Positions 1 to 11,764 are shown, counted from the first letter of the stretch. The stretch: 64,000 bases of DNA from Betaproteobacteria bacterium (GCA_040006455.1 JBDTWY010000016.1:3834-67833), one strand, 5' to 3'. The notes: generated from the letters alone by a model not told the origin. Translations and numbers: made by a program.

Positions 1-739
1 GCTGCCACACGATCAAGGTCAGCGGCTCGCCTTCCTGCTGCAGGATCGACAGGATGCGCAATGCGCGCGCGGCCTCGCCGTCGAGCCACGCCGCCGACAG
101 CGCGAACACGTCGAAGCGCGCGACGTCCGACATCGCCTGCTCGACGTCATCGTGCGCGAGCTCGCCCGGCGGCAGCAGCAGCGCCAGCTTGTCGATCTCC
201 TGCCGCGCGGCGAGCAGGTTGCCTTCGCAGAGCTCGGCGAGGAATTCGAGCGTCGCGGGTGACGCCTGCTGCTGCTGGCGCGCGAGGCGCGCGGCGATCC
301 AGTGCGGCAGTTCGGCGCGATCGACCGGCTGCACGGCGACGGTGACCGCGTTGCGCGTGAGCGAGGTGAACCACGCGCTCTTCTGCGTCGCGCCGTCGAG
401 GCGCGGCAGCGTCACCAAGGTCACGTTGTCCGGGTTGGGATCGGCCACATAGCGTTCCAGCGCGGCCGCGCCTTCGACGCCCGGCTTGCCCGACGGGATG
501 CGCAGGTCAATGAGCTTGCGGTTGCCGAATAGTCCCATGCTCGCGTTGGCGGCGAGGAACGCATCCCACTTGAAGTGCTGCTCGGCGATCAGCGTCTCGC
601 GCTCGTCGCAGCCGGCGCTACGTGCCGCGGCGCGTACCGCGTCGCCGGCCTCGAGCGCCAGCAGCGGCTCGTCGCCGTGGATCACGTAGAGCGGCGCGAT
701 GCCCTTGGCGAGATGCCGCGGCAGGTCGTCGGCGCGCAT
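1..739 (-). CDS. holA: DNA polymerase III subunit delta (partial, runs off window start)
   Basis: My own minus-strand translation from the ATG at 739..737 gives MRADDLPRHLAKGIAPLYVIHGDEPLLALEAGDAVRAAARSAGCDERE... It lies directly downstream of leuS-lptE, the conserved leuS-lptE-holA order. It is absent from the ORF track because no stop falls inside the window. Confidence 0.7.
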   Translation of the reverse strand, partial: MRADDLPRHLAKGIAPLYVIHGDEPLLALEAGDAVRAAARSAGCDERETLIAEQHFKWDAFLAANASMGLFGNRKLIDLRIPSGKPGVEGAAALERYVADPNPDNVTLVTLPRLDGATQKSAWFTSLTRNAVTVAVQPVDRAELPHWIAARLARQQQQASPATLEFLAELCEGNLLAARQEIDKLALLLPPGELAHDDVEQAMSDVARFDVFALSAAWLDGEAARALRILSILQQEGEPLTLIVWQ

Positions 740-742
740 CGC

Positions 743-1226
743 CTACGCGTTGGGGTCGTGGGCCGCCTGCAGCCGGCGCACGATCTGCTGCACCGCTTCG
801 GTCTGCATTTCCCTGACCAGCCGGTTTTCCTGGATCTGCCGCGCGAGGCGCTCGGTGTCGTCGTAGAGGTAGGAGCGGCGCACGATGATCTCGTCGGTGG
901 GAAGCCAGTCGTTGCCCGCCTTGTCGTGCAGCCGGATCTGCACGCGCTTCTGCAACGCGAACTCGCGCGCGCGGCCACCCTGCGACAGCGACAGCACGTC
1001 CTTGTCGTCGATCACCACGGGAATGTCGAGAATCACCTGCGCATTCGCGGGGTCCGTCGCGAGCTTCGCGCTGCCGGCGTTTTCCAGCGCCTTGCGGAGC
1101 TCGGTGGCGAACACCGGCGCGCCCGGCGCATTGACGTAGATGGACTCGAAGTGATACGTCGCCTGGCCACGCAGGTGGAAGCCGCAGCCGCCCAGCGCGG
1201 CAAGCGCCAGGATGATCACACCGCGT

Positions 1227-1240
<14 letters not shown>
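743..1240 (-). CDS. lptE: LPS-assembly lipoprotein LptE
   Basis: 165 aa with lipoprotein signal and lipobox ([10 protein letters not shown]). Small protein overlapping the leuS stop in the conserved position. Confidence 0.8.
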
Positions 1241-3842
<2,602 letters not shown>

Positions 3843-4085
3843 GGTGCGTTGCCGGCGATGAGCCGACAGCGGGGTCGAAGGGGTTGCACCGGATTATACC
3901 GAGCGCCCTGTGCACCACTGTCGTGCGCCCGTTCGTGCGTATCGCCGCTGTTGCGGCCGCACGCGGGGACAGCCTTCACAGCGCCGGTGGCGGTGGCACG
4001 CAATGCGCATGACGGTGCCCGACCCGTCGTCAGCAAATTGTAAGGTGAGCCGGCAATCCATTATCCTTGCAGTGGGAGGTGGGGA

Positions 4086-5168
4086 ATGTCGGCGACGGGG
4101 GAATCGCGGTCTTGTGCCTGGCATGCGGTGGGCGGCGCGCCCTCGCATCGGGTCGGCGGATGGCGGGTATCGCGTGTGCGCGCGAAGCGCAGGTTCGGCA
4201 TTTCGCGCCGCGGCGTCATCGTCGCGGCGACCGCGTTCGCATGCGCCGGCCAGGCGTTGCTTGCGCATGCGCAGTTCGGCGACAGGCCCGTGACACTGGT
4301 GGTGGGCTCGTCGCCGGGCGGCGGCGTCGACCGTACCGCGCGGCTGCTGGCGCCCGAGCTTGCGGGGCAGCTTCACCAGAACGTCATCGTCGAGAATCGC
4401 GCCGGCGCGGGCACCCGGCTCGCCAGCGAATACGTGGCCAAATCGGCGCCCGACGGACGCACGCTGCTGTTCACCACCGGCGAGTCGACGATCGACCTCG
4501 CGTTCGATCCGCAAGCGACTCCCAACATCCTGAAGGACCTGGTGCCGGTATCGCTGGTCGCCGTGTGCCAGATGCTGCTCGTGATCAACGCGTCGCTGCC
4601 CGTGCGCGACGTGACGGAACTGCTGGCGCGCGCTCGCGCGGCGCCGGGCAAGCTCAACTATTCGACCGCGGGCGTCAAGACCACGATGCACCTCGTCGGC
4701 GCGCTCTTCGCACAGCGCACCGGCACTGACATCGTGCACATTCCCTACAAGGGCACCATGCCGGCGCTGGCGGCGCTTATGGCGCGCGACGTCGACATGA
4801 CTTACGCGTCGTTGCCGTCGGCGCTGCCGTTCGTCGAGTCGGGGAGGCTGCGCGCGCTGGCGGTGGCAGGCAGCCGGCGGTCGTCGTTGATGCCGGACGT
4901 GCCGACCTTGGCGGAGTCCGGGGTCACGGGCGTCCAGGCGAATATCTGGTACGGATTGCTCGCGCCCGCCGGCACGCCGGCCGACATCGTCGACGCGCTC
5001 GCTCGCGCCGTCAACGCGGCGTCGCGGTCGGCCGATTACCGGCAGAGCCTCGCGACCATGGGAGAGGAGCCGTCGCCGGGCACGCCGGCCGCGTTCGGCG
5101 AACTGTTGCAGGACGATGTGAGCAAATACGGCGCCGTCATCAGGGCCGCCCGGATACCCGCCGAATGA
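4086..5168 (+). CDS. Bug/TctC-family periplasmic solute-binding protein (tripartite tricarboxylate transporter receptor family)
   Basis: Family-typical strings: PVTLVVGSSPGGGVDRTARLLA, NRAGAGT, HIPYKG, NIWYGLLAPAGTP. A strong SD (GGGAGGTGG) precedes the ATG at 4086. An in-frame GTG at 4176 would give a shorter signal peptide. Confidence 0.85.
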   Translation: MSATGESRSCAWHAVGGAPSHRVGGWRVSRVRAKRRFGISRRGVIVAATAFACAGQALLAHAQFGDRPVTLVVGSSPGGGVDRTARLLAPELAGQLHQNVIVENRAGAGTRLASEYVAKSAPDGRTLLFTTGESTIDLAFDPQATPNILKDLVPVSLVAVCQMLLVINASLPVRDVTELLARARAAPGKLNYSTAGVKTTMHLVGALFAQRTGTDIVHIPYKGTMPALAALMARDVDMTYASLPSALPFVESGRLRALAVAGSRRSSLMPDVPTLAESGVTGVQANIWYGLLAPAGTPADIVDALARAVNAASRSADYRQSLATMGEEPSPGTPAAFGELLQDDVSKYGAVIRAARIPAE

Positions 5169-6193
5169 CCATAGTCCGATGTCTTCCAAAGTCGGTGCGC
5201 TGCGCCAGCGCGCGCGCAGCCGTCGTCGCTGGCAACGCGGTCGTCGCGCTGGTGGCCGTTTGCATGTTCGGTGCCCAGCCGCTGCCGGCGCGCGCGGCAT
5301 TGGGCGAGCAGACGGTGACGCTGGTGCTGAGCAGCGCGCCCGGCGGCGGTATTGATCGCATGGCCCGGCTGCTTGCGCAACGGCTCTCCCAGCAACTCCA
5401 TCGCAACGTCATCATCGAGAACCGGCCCGGTGGCAGGTCCAGGCTCGCGGCCGACCATGTGTCGAAAGCGCCAGCGGACGGCAACATGCTGCTGATCACG
5501 ACGGGAACGTCGACGATCGACCTTGCGTTCGACCCGCGCACGCGCCCCAACGTGATGCAGGATCTGGTGCCCGTATCGTTGCTCGCGAAGTGCCAGATCG
5601 TGCTGGTCGTGAATCCGGCGCGGCAGCTCACCACCGTGCAGGCGCTCGCGGCGCGCGCGCGCGCCGCGCCGGGCACGCTCAACTCGGCCACGTCGGGCGT
5701 GATATCGACGATGCGCATCGTGTCGGAGCTTTTCAGGCAGCGCATCGGCGCCGACATCGTGCAGATTCCCTACAAGGCCGAAGTGGAGACGTCGACCGCC
5801 GTCGTCGGCGACCGTGTCGACATGGCATTCGTTACGCTGCCCTCGGTGCTGCCGTTCGTGAATTCGGGACAGGTGCGCGCACTGGCCATCGCCGGCGCAC
5901 AGCGTTCGCCGATGATGCCCGGCGTGCCAACGCTGACCGAATCCGGCCTGCCAGGCATCGAGGCGACGGTTTGGTACGGATTGTTCGCGCCGGCGGGCAC
6001 GCCCGCCGACGTCGTCGACGCGCTCGCGCGCAGCGTCGAGCAGGCGTCGACATTCCCCGGCTACCGGCAAGGCCTTGCGGCGATGGGCATGGAGCCCGCA
6101 CCGATCGCGTCCGCAGCCTTCGTCGCGATGCTGCGCGACGAAGTGGTCAAGTTCCGCGCCGTCATCGAGACCACGAACATTCGCCCCGAATGA
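5165..6193 (+). CDS. Bug/TctC-family periplasmic solute-binding protein (paralog of the upstream gene)
   Basis: Same family strings: TVTLVLSSAPGGGIDRMARLLA, NRPGG, QIPYKA, VWYGLFAPAGTP. Its ATG overlaps the upstream stop (ATGA at 5165-5168). Confidence 0.85.
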   Translation: MTIVRCLPKSVRCASARAAVVAGNAVVALVAVCMFGAQPLPARAALGEQTVTLVLSSAPGGGIDRMARLLAQRLSQQLHRNVIIENRPGGRSRLAADHVSKAPADGNMLLITTGTSTIDLAFDPRTRPNVMQDLVPVSLLAKCQIVLVVNPARQLTTVQALAARARAAPGTLNSATSGVISTMRIVSELFRQRIGADIVQIPYKAEVETSTAVVGDRVDMAFVTLPSVLPFVNSGQVRALAIAGAQRSPMMPGVPTLTESGLPGIEATVWYGLFAPAGTPADVVDALARSVEQASTFPGYRQGLAAMGMEPAPIASAAFVAMLRDEVVKFRAVIETTNIRPE

Positions 6194-8817
6194 CGATGTC
6201 GCCCATCGACGCCAAACCCGCAATCGACTCCTGCGACCTGCCAATGAATGCACCGATGCCACTGCCTGCCGGCGCCGCGACAAGCGCGGTCGAAACCATC
6301 GCGACCCGGCTCGCGCGCTTCGCGCAACGTTCGCCCGACGCCGTCGCGCTCATCGACAGTGACGCGCGCGTGACATGGGCGGATCTCGACGCCGACGCCA
6401 CGGCGATCGCGCGACGGCTCCTCGACATCGGCAATGGCGTCAACGGCCATGTGTGCCTGTTCTTCCGCGACAGGCGATCCGCGGTGGCGTCCATTGTCGG
6501 CACCGCACGCGCGGGAGGCGTCTACATACCGTTCGATCCCGCCGATCCGGAGGAGCGGCTGCGTTTCATGCTCGACGATGCCGCGCCGATCGCGATGCTC
6601 ACCGAACCGTCGCTGGTCGAGCGCGCACGGGCGCTCGCGCCTGCGGGTTGCGTGATCGTCGACGTCACCGTGCTCGAGCGCGGCGCAGCCGGCGGGGCGC
6701 TGCCGCAGGTCGACGGCAACGCGACCGCGCATCTTTACTACACGTCGGGCTCGACCGGCCGGTCGAAAGGCGTGCGCCAGACGCACGCCAACCAGCTTTT
6801 CTTCATCGACTCCTATGCCAGGGCCGTCGGCATCGGTGAAGGTGACAGGCTGTCGATGCTCTACTCGCTGAGCTTTGGCGCGGGCCTCGGCGGTATCTAC
6901 CGCGGCGTGGCGCTCGGCGCGACGCTGTGCGCGTACGACATCAAGCGCGATGGCATCGCCGGCCTCGCCGACTGGCTCGACCGCGAGCGCATCACCTCGT
7001 TGCAGACCTTCCCGATGGTGTATCGCGAGCTTGCGCAAACGCTCGGCGCCACCCGGGTGTTCCCGCATCTCGAGGTGCTGCACCTCGGCGGCGAATCGTT
7101 GTACGCGCGCGACGTCGAGCTCTTCCGCGCGCACACGGTCCCGCACTGCAAGCTCGTCCACCAACTGGCCGCCACTGAGATCAGCCTGATCGCGCAGAAC
7201 ATCCTGCGGCACGACAGCGTGCTGTCACCGGGCCCGATCGTGCCGGTCGGCCGGCCGATCGAAGGCGTGCACCTCGAGATTCGGCGCGACGACGGCAGCC
7301 TCGCGGGGCCGGACGAGCCGGGTGAGCTGTTCGCCTGCAGTCGCCACGTCAGTCCCGGCTACTGGAACCGGCCCGAGCTCGATGCCGTCGCGTTCTCCGC
7401 GGATCCGCGCGTGCCGGGCGGTCGTTGCTACCGCACCGGCGACTTCGGACGCATCGATGCGGCAGGCGACCTGCATTTTCTCGGTCGCACGGGAAGCCGC
7501 GTGAAAATCCGCGGCTACACGATCGACCTCGCCGAAATCGACGCGGCGCTCGCCGCGTGGCCGCAGGCGGCGGGCGGCGCCGCAGCCGCGGAGAGCGACG
7601 ACAACGATCCGGCGTCCGCCCGGCTCGTTGCCTACGTCGAAGCGCGTGAGGGTGCCGCACGCGATCCGGCGGCGTGCAAGCGCTTCCTCGCGGGCAAGCT
7701 GCCGCTGCACATGCTGCCGGCGGAGATCCGCTACCTCCGCGAGATGCCGCGGACCCCCGGCGGCAAGCTCGACCACAAGCGGCTTGCGGGTGCCGAGAGG
7801 CTGCCTGCGGACACGGTTCGCGCTGCGCCGAGTCGCGGCGCGGCGCCGCGTGACGCCACGCAAGCGGCGGTCGCGCACGTCTTCGAGGAGCTTCTGAAGG
7901 TCGAAGGCGTCGGTCCCGACGACGACTTCTTCCTGCTGGGCGGCGATTCGCTGATGGGCGCCGACCTGCAGGCGCGCCTCAAGGACACCTTCGGCGTGCG
8001 CATCGGCAATTTCCACCAGGATGCGACGGTGGCGGGCATTGCCGCCAGCATCCGTCGCGGCATCGCGCAGGCGCCGACGCAGTCGCGCGCGATCCCGATG
8101 CTGGTGCCGCTGTGGCCGGGCGGCCGCGAGACGCCGCTGTTCATGGTGCATGGCCGTCACGGCCAGGCATTCTTCAGCCCGCATTTCATGAAGCTGCTCG
8201 GCGACGAGCAGCCCGTGTGGGCGTTGCAGGCGCGCGGCCTCGACGGCATCAGCGAACCGCACGCCACGATCGAGGCGATGGTCGACGACTACGTGGCGGA
8301 AATTCGCAACGTGCGCCCGCACGGGCCCTATTTCCTGGGCGGCCTGTGCGTCGGCGGCTTCGTCGCCGCGGCGATGGCCCGCGCGCTGCGCGCCGCGGGC
8401 GAGGAGGTGCTGCCGCTGCTGCTGCTCGATCCTCCCAATCGCGTGCGCGCGCGTACCGAGGCACACGCCGATCCGGCGCACGTGGCGGCCAAGATGCAGG
8501 CGCGACGGGCGGCGGGCCGGATCCTCGGGCCGATGGAGGATCCCGCGTATCTCGACGCGTCGGTCCGCGCCGCAGCGGCCTTCGACGACGCGATCGCGCG
8601 CTACCGGCCGCTGCCCTATGACGGCGCGGTCTACGTGCTGTCGAGCCGCCATCGGATGCAGATGATGGATCCGCTGGAGCTGCGAACGATCTTCACCGGT
8701 CGCTACAAACGCTACGAAGTCGGGCAATCGCATGGCCATGCGCTCGACCCGCGCAATCCGGTGTTCGCGCAGACGCTGACGCGCTGCGTCGACCTGATTC
8801 GCGCTGCGTCGATCTGA
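6190..8817 (+). CDS. stand-alone NRPS-like enzyme with adenylation, thiolation (PCP) and thioesterase domains
   Basis: A-domain cores: YYTSGSTGRSKGV (A3), YRTGDFGR (A7), GRTGSRVKIRGYTIDLAEID (A8), PRTPGGKLDHKRL (A10). PCP motif FFLLGGDSLMG. TE motifs LFMVHG and GGLCVGG. The start was placed at the ATG at 6190, overlapping the Bug stop (ATGA). The 5590 start in the track lies inside the upstream gene. Confidence 0.85.
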   Translation: MTMSPIDAKPAIDSCDLPMNAPMPLPAGAATSAVETIATRLARFAQRSPDAVALIDSDARVTWADLDADATAIARRLLDIGNGVNGHVCLFFRDRRSAVASIVGTARAGGVYIPFDPADPEERLRFMLDDAAPIAMLTEPSLVERARALAPAGCVIVDVTVLERGAAGGALPQVDGNATAHLYYTSGSTGRSKGVRQTHANQLFFIDSYARAVGIGEGDRLSMLYSLSFGAGLGGIYRGVALGATLCAYDIKRDGIAGLADWLDRERITSLQTFPMVYRELAQTLGATRVFPHLEVLHLGGESLYARDVELFRAHTVPHCKLVHQLAATEISLIAQNILRHDSVLSPGPIVPVGRPIEGVHLEIRRDDGSLAGPDEPGELFACSRHVSPGYWNRPELDAVAFSADPRVPGGRCYRTGDFGRIDAAGDLHFLGRTGSRVKIRGYTIDLAEIDAALAAWPQAAGGAAAAESDDNDPASARLVAYVEAREGAARDPAACKRFLAGKLPLHMLPAEIRYLREMPRTPGGKLDHKRLAGAERLPADTVRAAPSRGAAPRDATQAAVAHVFEELLKVEGVGPDDDFFLLGGDSLMGADLQARLKDTFGVRIGNFHQDATVAGIAASIRRGIAQAPTQSRAIPMLVPLWPGGRETPLFMVHGRHGQAFFSPHFMKLLGDEQPVWALQARGLDGISEPHATIEAMVDDYVAEIRNVRPHGPYFLGGLCVGGFVAAAMARALRAAGEEVLPLLLLDPPNRVRARTEAHADPAHVAAKMQARRAAGRILGPMEDPAYLDASVRAAAAFDDAIARYRPLPYDGAVYVLSSRHRMQMMDPLELRTIFTGRYKRYEVGQSHGHALDPRNPVFAQTLTRCVDLIRAASI

Positions 8818-8840
8818 TCCGCGAGGCGTCGACCACGGCC
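8781..8840 (+). repeat. imperfect 20-bp tandem repeat (3 units) spanning the stop codon of the NRPS-like gene
   Basis: The units are gcgctgcgtcgacctgattc, gcgctgcgtcgatctgatcc (18/20 identical) and gcgaggcgtcgaccacggcc (13/20). Confidence 0.7.
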
Positions 8841-8882
8841 TGACGATCGCCTCCCGCGCGCGTAAAACCTTTCGCCGCGCGA

Positions 8883-9452
8883 TCAGCCCGGCGCCGGCAC
8901 CCACAGCGTGGTGATGCCGAGAATCACGAACAGGATCGCCGTCGCGATGCGCACCACCCTGAACGGGATCTTTTTCGCGGCGATGCCGGCGAACAGCACC
9001 GTCGGCACGTCGACGATCAACATGCCGAGCGTGGTGCCGGCGACCACCGGCAGCAGCGTGCCGAAGCGCGACGCGAGGATCGCCGTGGCGACCTGCGTCT
9101 TGTCGCCCATTTCCGCCAGGAAGAACGCGACCGTCGTCACCCAGAACACGCCATGCGTCGACAACGCCGGTGCTTCGGACTCGTCCAGCGTGTCGGGCTT
9201 GAGCGCCCACGCGGCGACCGCGAAGAACGACAGCGCGACGATCCAGCGCAGCGTGTGCTCGGGAACGACGTTGCGGACCCATGCGCCGACGGCACCTGCG
9301 AGCGTGTGGTTGACCAGCGTCGCGGCGAGAATGCCGGCGATGATCGGCCACGGCCGGCGGAAACGCACCGCCAGCAACATTGCCAAAAGCTGCGTTTTGT
9401 CGCCAATTTCGCCCAACGCGACGACACCGGCGCTGACCAGGAACGATTCCAA
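8883..9452 (-). CDS. UPF0016/GDT1 (TMEM165)-family membrane protein, putative Mn2+/Ca2+ transporter
   Basis: 189 aa with two copies of the signature E-x-G-D-K-T motif (GEIGDKTQ and AEMGDKTQ) in a polytopic hydrophobic protein. Confidence 0.8.
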   Translation of the reverse strand: MESFLVSAGVVALGEIGDKTQLLAMLLAVRFRRPWPIIAGILAATLVNHTLAGAVGAWVRNVVPEHTLRWIVALSFFAVAAWALKPDTLDESEAPALSTHGVFWVTTVAFFLAEMGDKTQVATAILASRFGTLLPVVAGTTLGMLIVDVPTVLFAGIAAKKIPFRVVRIATAILFVILGITTLWVPAPG

Positions 9453-9575
9453 GAGGTAGCGGACTAAAGGTGGCCTTCGCCGTCGCGGACGGAGAGGGCG
9501 CGGAATGGAATGGCACTATTATAGGTTGGCTCAATCTCGCGCCCTCGGGGCGCCGTCCCTGCCGATCGTGACGAC

Positions 9576-11711
9576 GTGAATTCGATGACTTCCCGCGCGA
9601 CCTTGATACTTGCCGCCGCGCTGGCGCTCGCGCCGGCTGGGGCCGCGGCCGCGCCGGTTCGCACCGGGCACGTCGAAGCCGAGCTGATCGCGCAAAAGAC
9701 GGCGTTCATCCCGGGCGCCGACAACGTCGTCGCATTGCGGCTGACGCTGGACAAGGGCTGGCACACGTACTGGCGCAATCCGGGCGATTCCGGCCTGCCG
9801 ACGACGCTCGAGTGGAAACTGCCGGCCGGCGTCAGCGCGGGACCGATCGAATGGCTGCCGCCGCAGCTATTGCCCGCGGGGCCGCTCACCAACTACGGAT
9901 ACGAGGACGTCGCGCTGCATCCGGTGACGCTGCGCACGGCGCCGGCGTTCAGCGGCGCGCAGGTGGTCACGCTCGCCGCGCGCGCCGACTGGCTCGTGTG
10001 CCGCGAGACTTGCATACCCGAAGGCGCCGACCTGACGCTCTCGCTACCCGTCGCGCCCGACGCCGTCGACGATCCACGCGACGGTGCGCTGATCACGGCG
10101 GCGCTGGCGACGCTGCCGGGGCCGCTGGATCGCAGGGGTTGGAAGGCCGACGCGCGCGGCGACGGCCAGCACGTCGTCGTCGCGCTGACGCCACCCGGCG
10201 GCGCCGCCGATCCCGGCGCGTTGCGCTTCTTCCCCGACGACGATGGACGGATCGAGCCCTCGGGTGCGCAGAAACTCGCGCGCAGTGGCGAGCGCTACCT
10301 GCTCACACTGCCGGTCGCCTACCAGCTCGACAAGGGCTTCGTGCGCGTCAAGGGCCTGGTGACGGCGGGGGGCAGCGGATTCGCCGGCGCACGCGCGGCG
10401 ACGATCGACGTGCCACTAACCGGCGCCGTCGTCGCAGGACCCAAGCCGCTCGACGCGGCGCCGGCGCCGCGCCTCGACGTCGCCCCTGCAAGCGGCGGCA
10501 TGACACTCGCGCTCGCGGCATTGTTCGCATTCGTCGGCGGCATGATCCTCAACCTGATGCCATGCGTGTTCCCGGTGCTGTCGCTCAAGGTGCTCGGTTT
10601 CGCGCAACGCCAGGACAACCGCGCGACGATGCGCCGCGAAGCCTACGCATTCACCGCGGGCGTCATCGCCACGTTCGTGCTGCTCGCAGCGCTTCTGCTG
10701 GCGTTGCGCGCCGCCGGCCTGCAACTCGGCTGGGGCTTCCAGTTGCAATCGCCGCTGGTGGTCAGCGCATTGGCGACGCTGTTCTTCGTGCTCGGACTCA
10801 ACCTGGCCGGCGTGTTCGAATTCGGCCAGGTCGTGCCGGCGTCGATGCGCGGCTGGACCAGCGACAATCGCACGCTCGACGCGTTCGGCTCCGGTGTCCT
10901 CGCTGTGGTCGTGGCGTCGCCGTGCACGGCGCCGTTCATGGGTGCGGCGCTCGGCTTCGCGCTGTCGCAGTCGACATGGGCGACGCTGGCAATCTTCGTG
11001 ATGCTCGGCGCCGGCATGGCGCTGCCCTATGCGCTGCTGGCGCTGTTCCCGGCGTGGCAGCGTCGCCTGCCCCGGCCCGGCGCCTGGATGCTGCGCTTCA
11101 AGCAGGTGCTCGCATTCCCGATGTTCGCCACCGTCGCCTGGCTCTCGTGGGTGCTCGGTGCGCAGGTCGACAACGACGCCGTGCTGCGGCTGATGCTGAT
11201 GCTGCTGTTGCTGGCGTTCGCGCTGTGGGCGTGGCACGCGCGACGGCTGGGCGGCGGGCGCGGTTACGTGGTCGCGGCGATCGCCGCGGTCGCCGCCGTG
11301 CTGGCGCTGGCGCAGCCGCTGGCGACGCTGGAGTCGGCGCCGCCCGACGCATCGACGGCGCGGCGCAACACCGACGGCTGGCAGGCGTTCGCGCCGGCGA
11401 CCGTCGACGCGATCACGATGTCGGGGCGGCCGGTGTTCGTCGACTTCACCGCGGCGTGGTGCGTGACCTGCCAGGTCAACAAGCGCACGACGCTCGGGCG
11501 CCCGCCCGTGCGCGACGCGTTCGCGCGCGCCAACGTCGCGCTGCTGCGCGCCGACTGGACACGCCGCGATCCGCAGATCACCGCGGCGCTGGCGGCGCTC
11601 GGCCGCAACGGCGTGCCCGTCTACGTGCTGTACCGGCCGGGCAAGGAACCCTTGCTGCTTCCCGAAATTCTCACTCAACAGGCGGTATTCGACGCGCTGG
11701 CGACGTTGTAG
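9576..11711 (+). CDS. DsbD/ScsB-family protein-disulfide reductase (N-terminal periplasmic domain, CcdA-like membrane core, C-terminal thioredoxin)
   Basis: Signal peptide, N-terminal Cys pair (LVCRETCIPEG), central multi-TM region with the PCVFPVL motif, and C-terminal FTAAWCVTCQ thioredoxin motif. Confidence 0.85.
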   Translation: MNSMTSRATLILAAALALAPAGAAAAPVRTGHVEAELIAQKTAFIPGADNVVALRLTLDKGWHTYWRNPGDSGLPTTLEWKLPAGVSAGPIEWLPPQLLPAGPLTNYGYEDVALHPVTLRTAPAFSGAQVVTLAARADWLVCRETCIPEGADLTLSLPVAPDAVDDPRDGALITAALATLPGPLDRRGWKADARGDGQHVVVALTPPGGAADPGALRFFPDDDGRIEPSGAQKLARSGERYLLTLPVAYQLDKGFVRVKGLVTAGGSGFAGARAATIDVPLTGAVVAGPKPLDAAPAPRLDVAPASGGMTLALAALFAFVGGMILNLMPCVFPVLSLKVLGFAQRQDNRATMRREAYAFTAGVIATFVLLAALLLALRAAGLQLGWGFQLQSPLVVSALATLFFVLGLNLAGVFEFGQVVPASMRGWTSDNRTLDAFGSGVLAVVVASPCTAPFMGAALGFALSQSTWATLAIFVMLGAGMALPYALLALFPAWQRRLPRPGAWMLRFKQVLAFPMFATVAWLSWVLGAQVDNDAVLRLMLMLLLLAFALWAWHARRLGGGRGYVVAAIAAVAAVLALAQPLATLESAPPDASTARRNTDGWQAFAPATVDAITMSGRPVFVDFTAAWCVTCQVNKRTTLGRPPVRDAFARANVALLRADWTRRDPQITAALAALGRNGVPVYVLYRPGKEPLLLPEILTQQAVFDALATL

Positions 11712-11764
11712 CCTGCGCATTTCTGATGCGGTGCGCGCGATTGGCGCGCTGAGGAGACCCTGAG

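Noticed and set aside
3994-4009. A sigma-54-like promoter TGGCACG-CAAT-GCGCA (GG-N10-GC spacing) upstream of the Bug/NRPS-like operon.
   Set aside because: Only the GG and GC dinucleotides and the -24 half match. The -12 region lacks the TTGC(A/T) consensus, and no enhancer-binding protein gene is nearby. This is too weak to call without a scoring matrix.
5590-6189. A 200-codon N-terminal extension of the NRPS-like ORF as listed in the track (1075 aa).
   Set aside because: The extension lies entirely within, and out of frame with, the well-supported second Bug gene, and it is Arg-rich junk. The ATG at 6190 overlaps the Bug stop and precedes the first A-domain homology.
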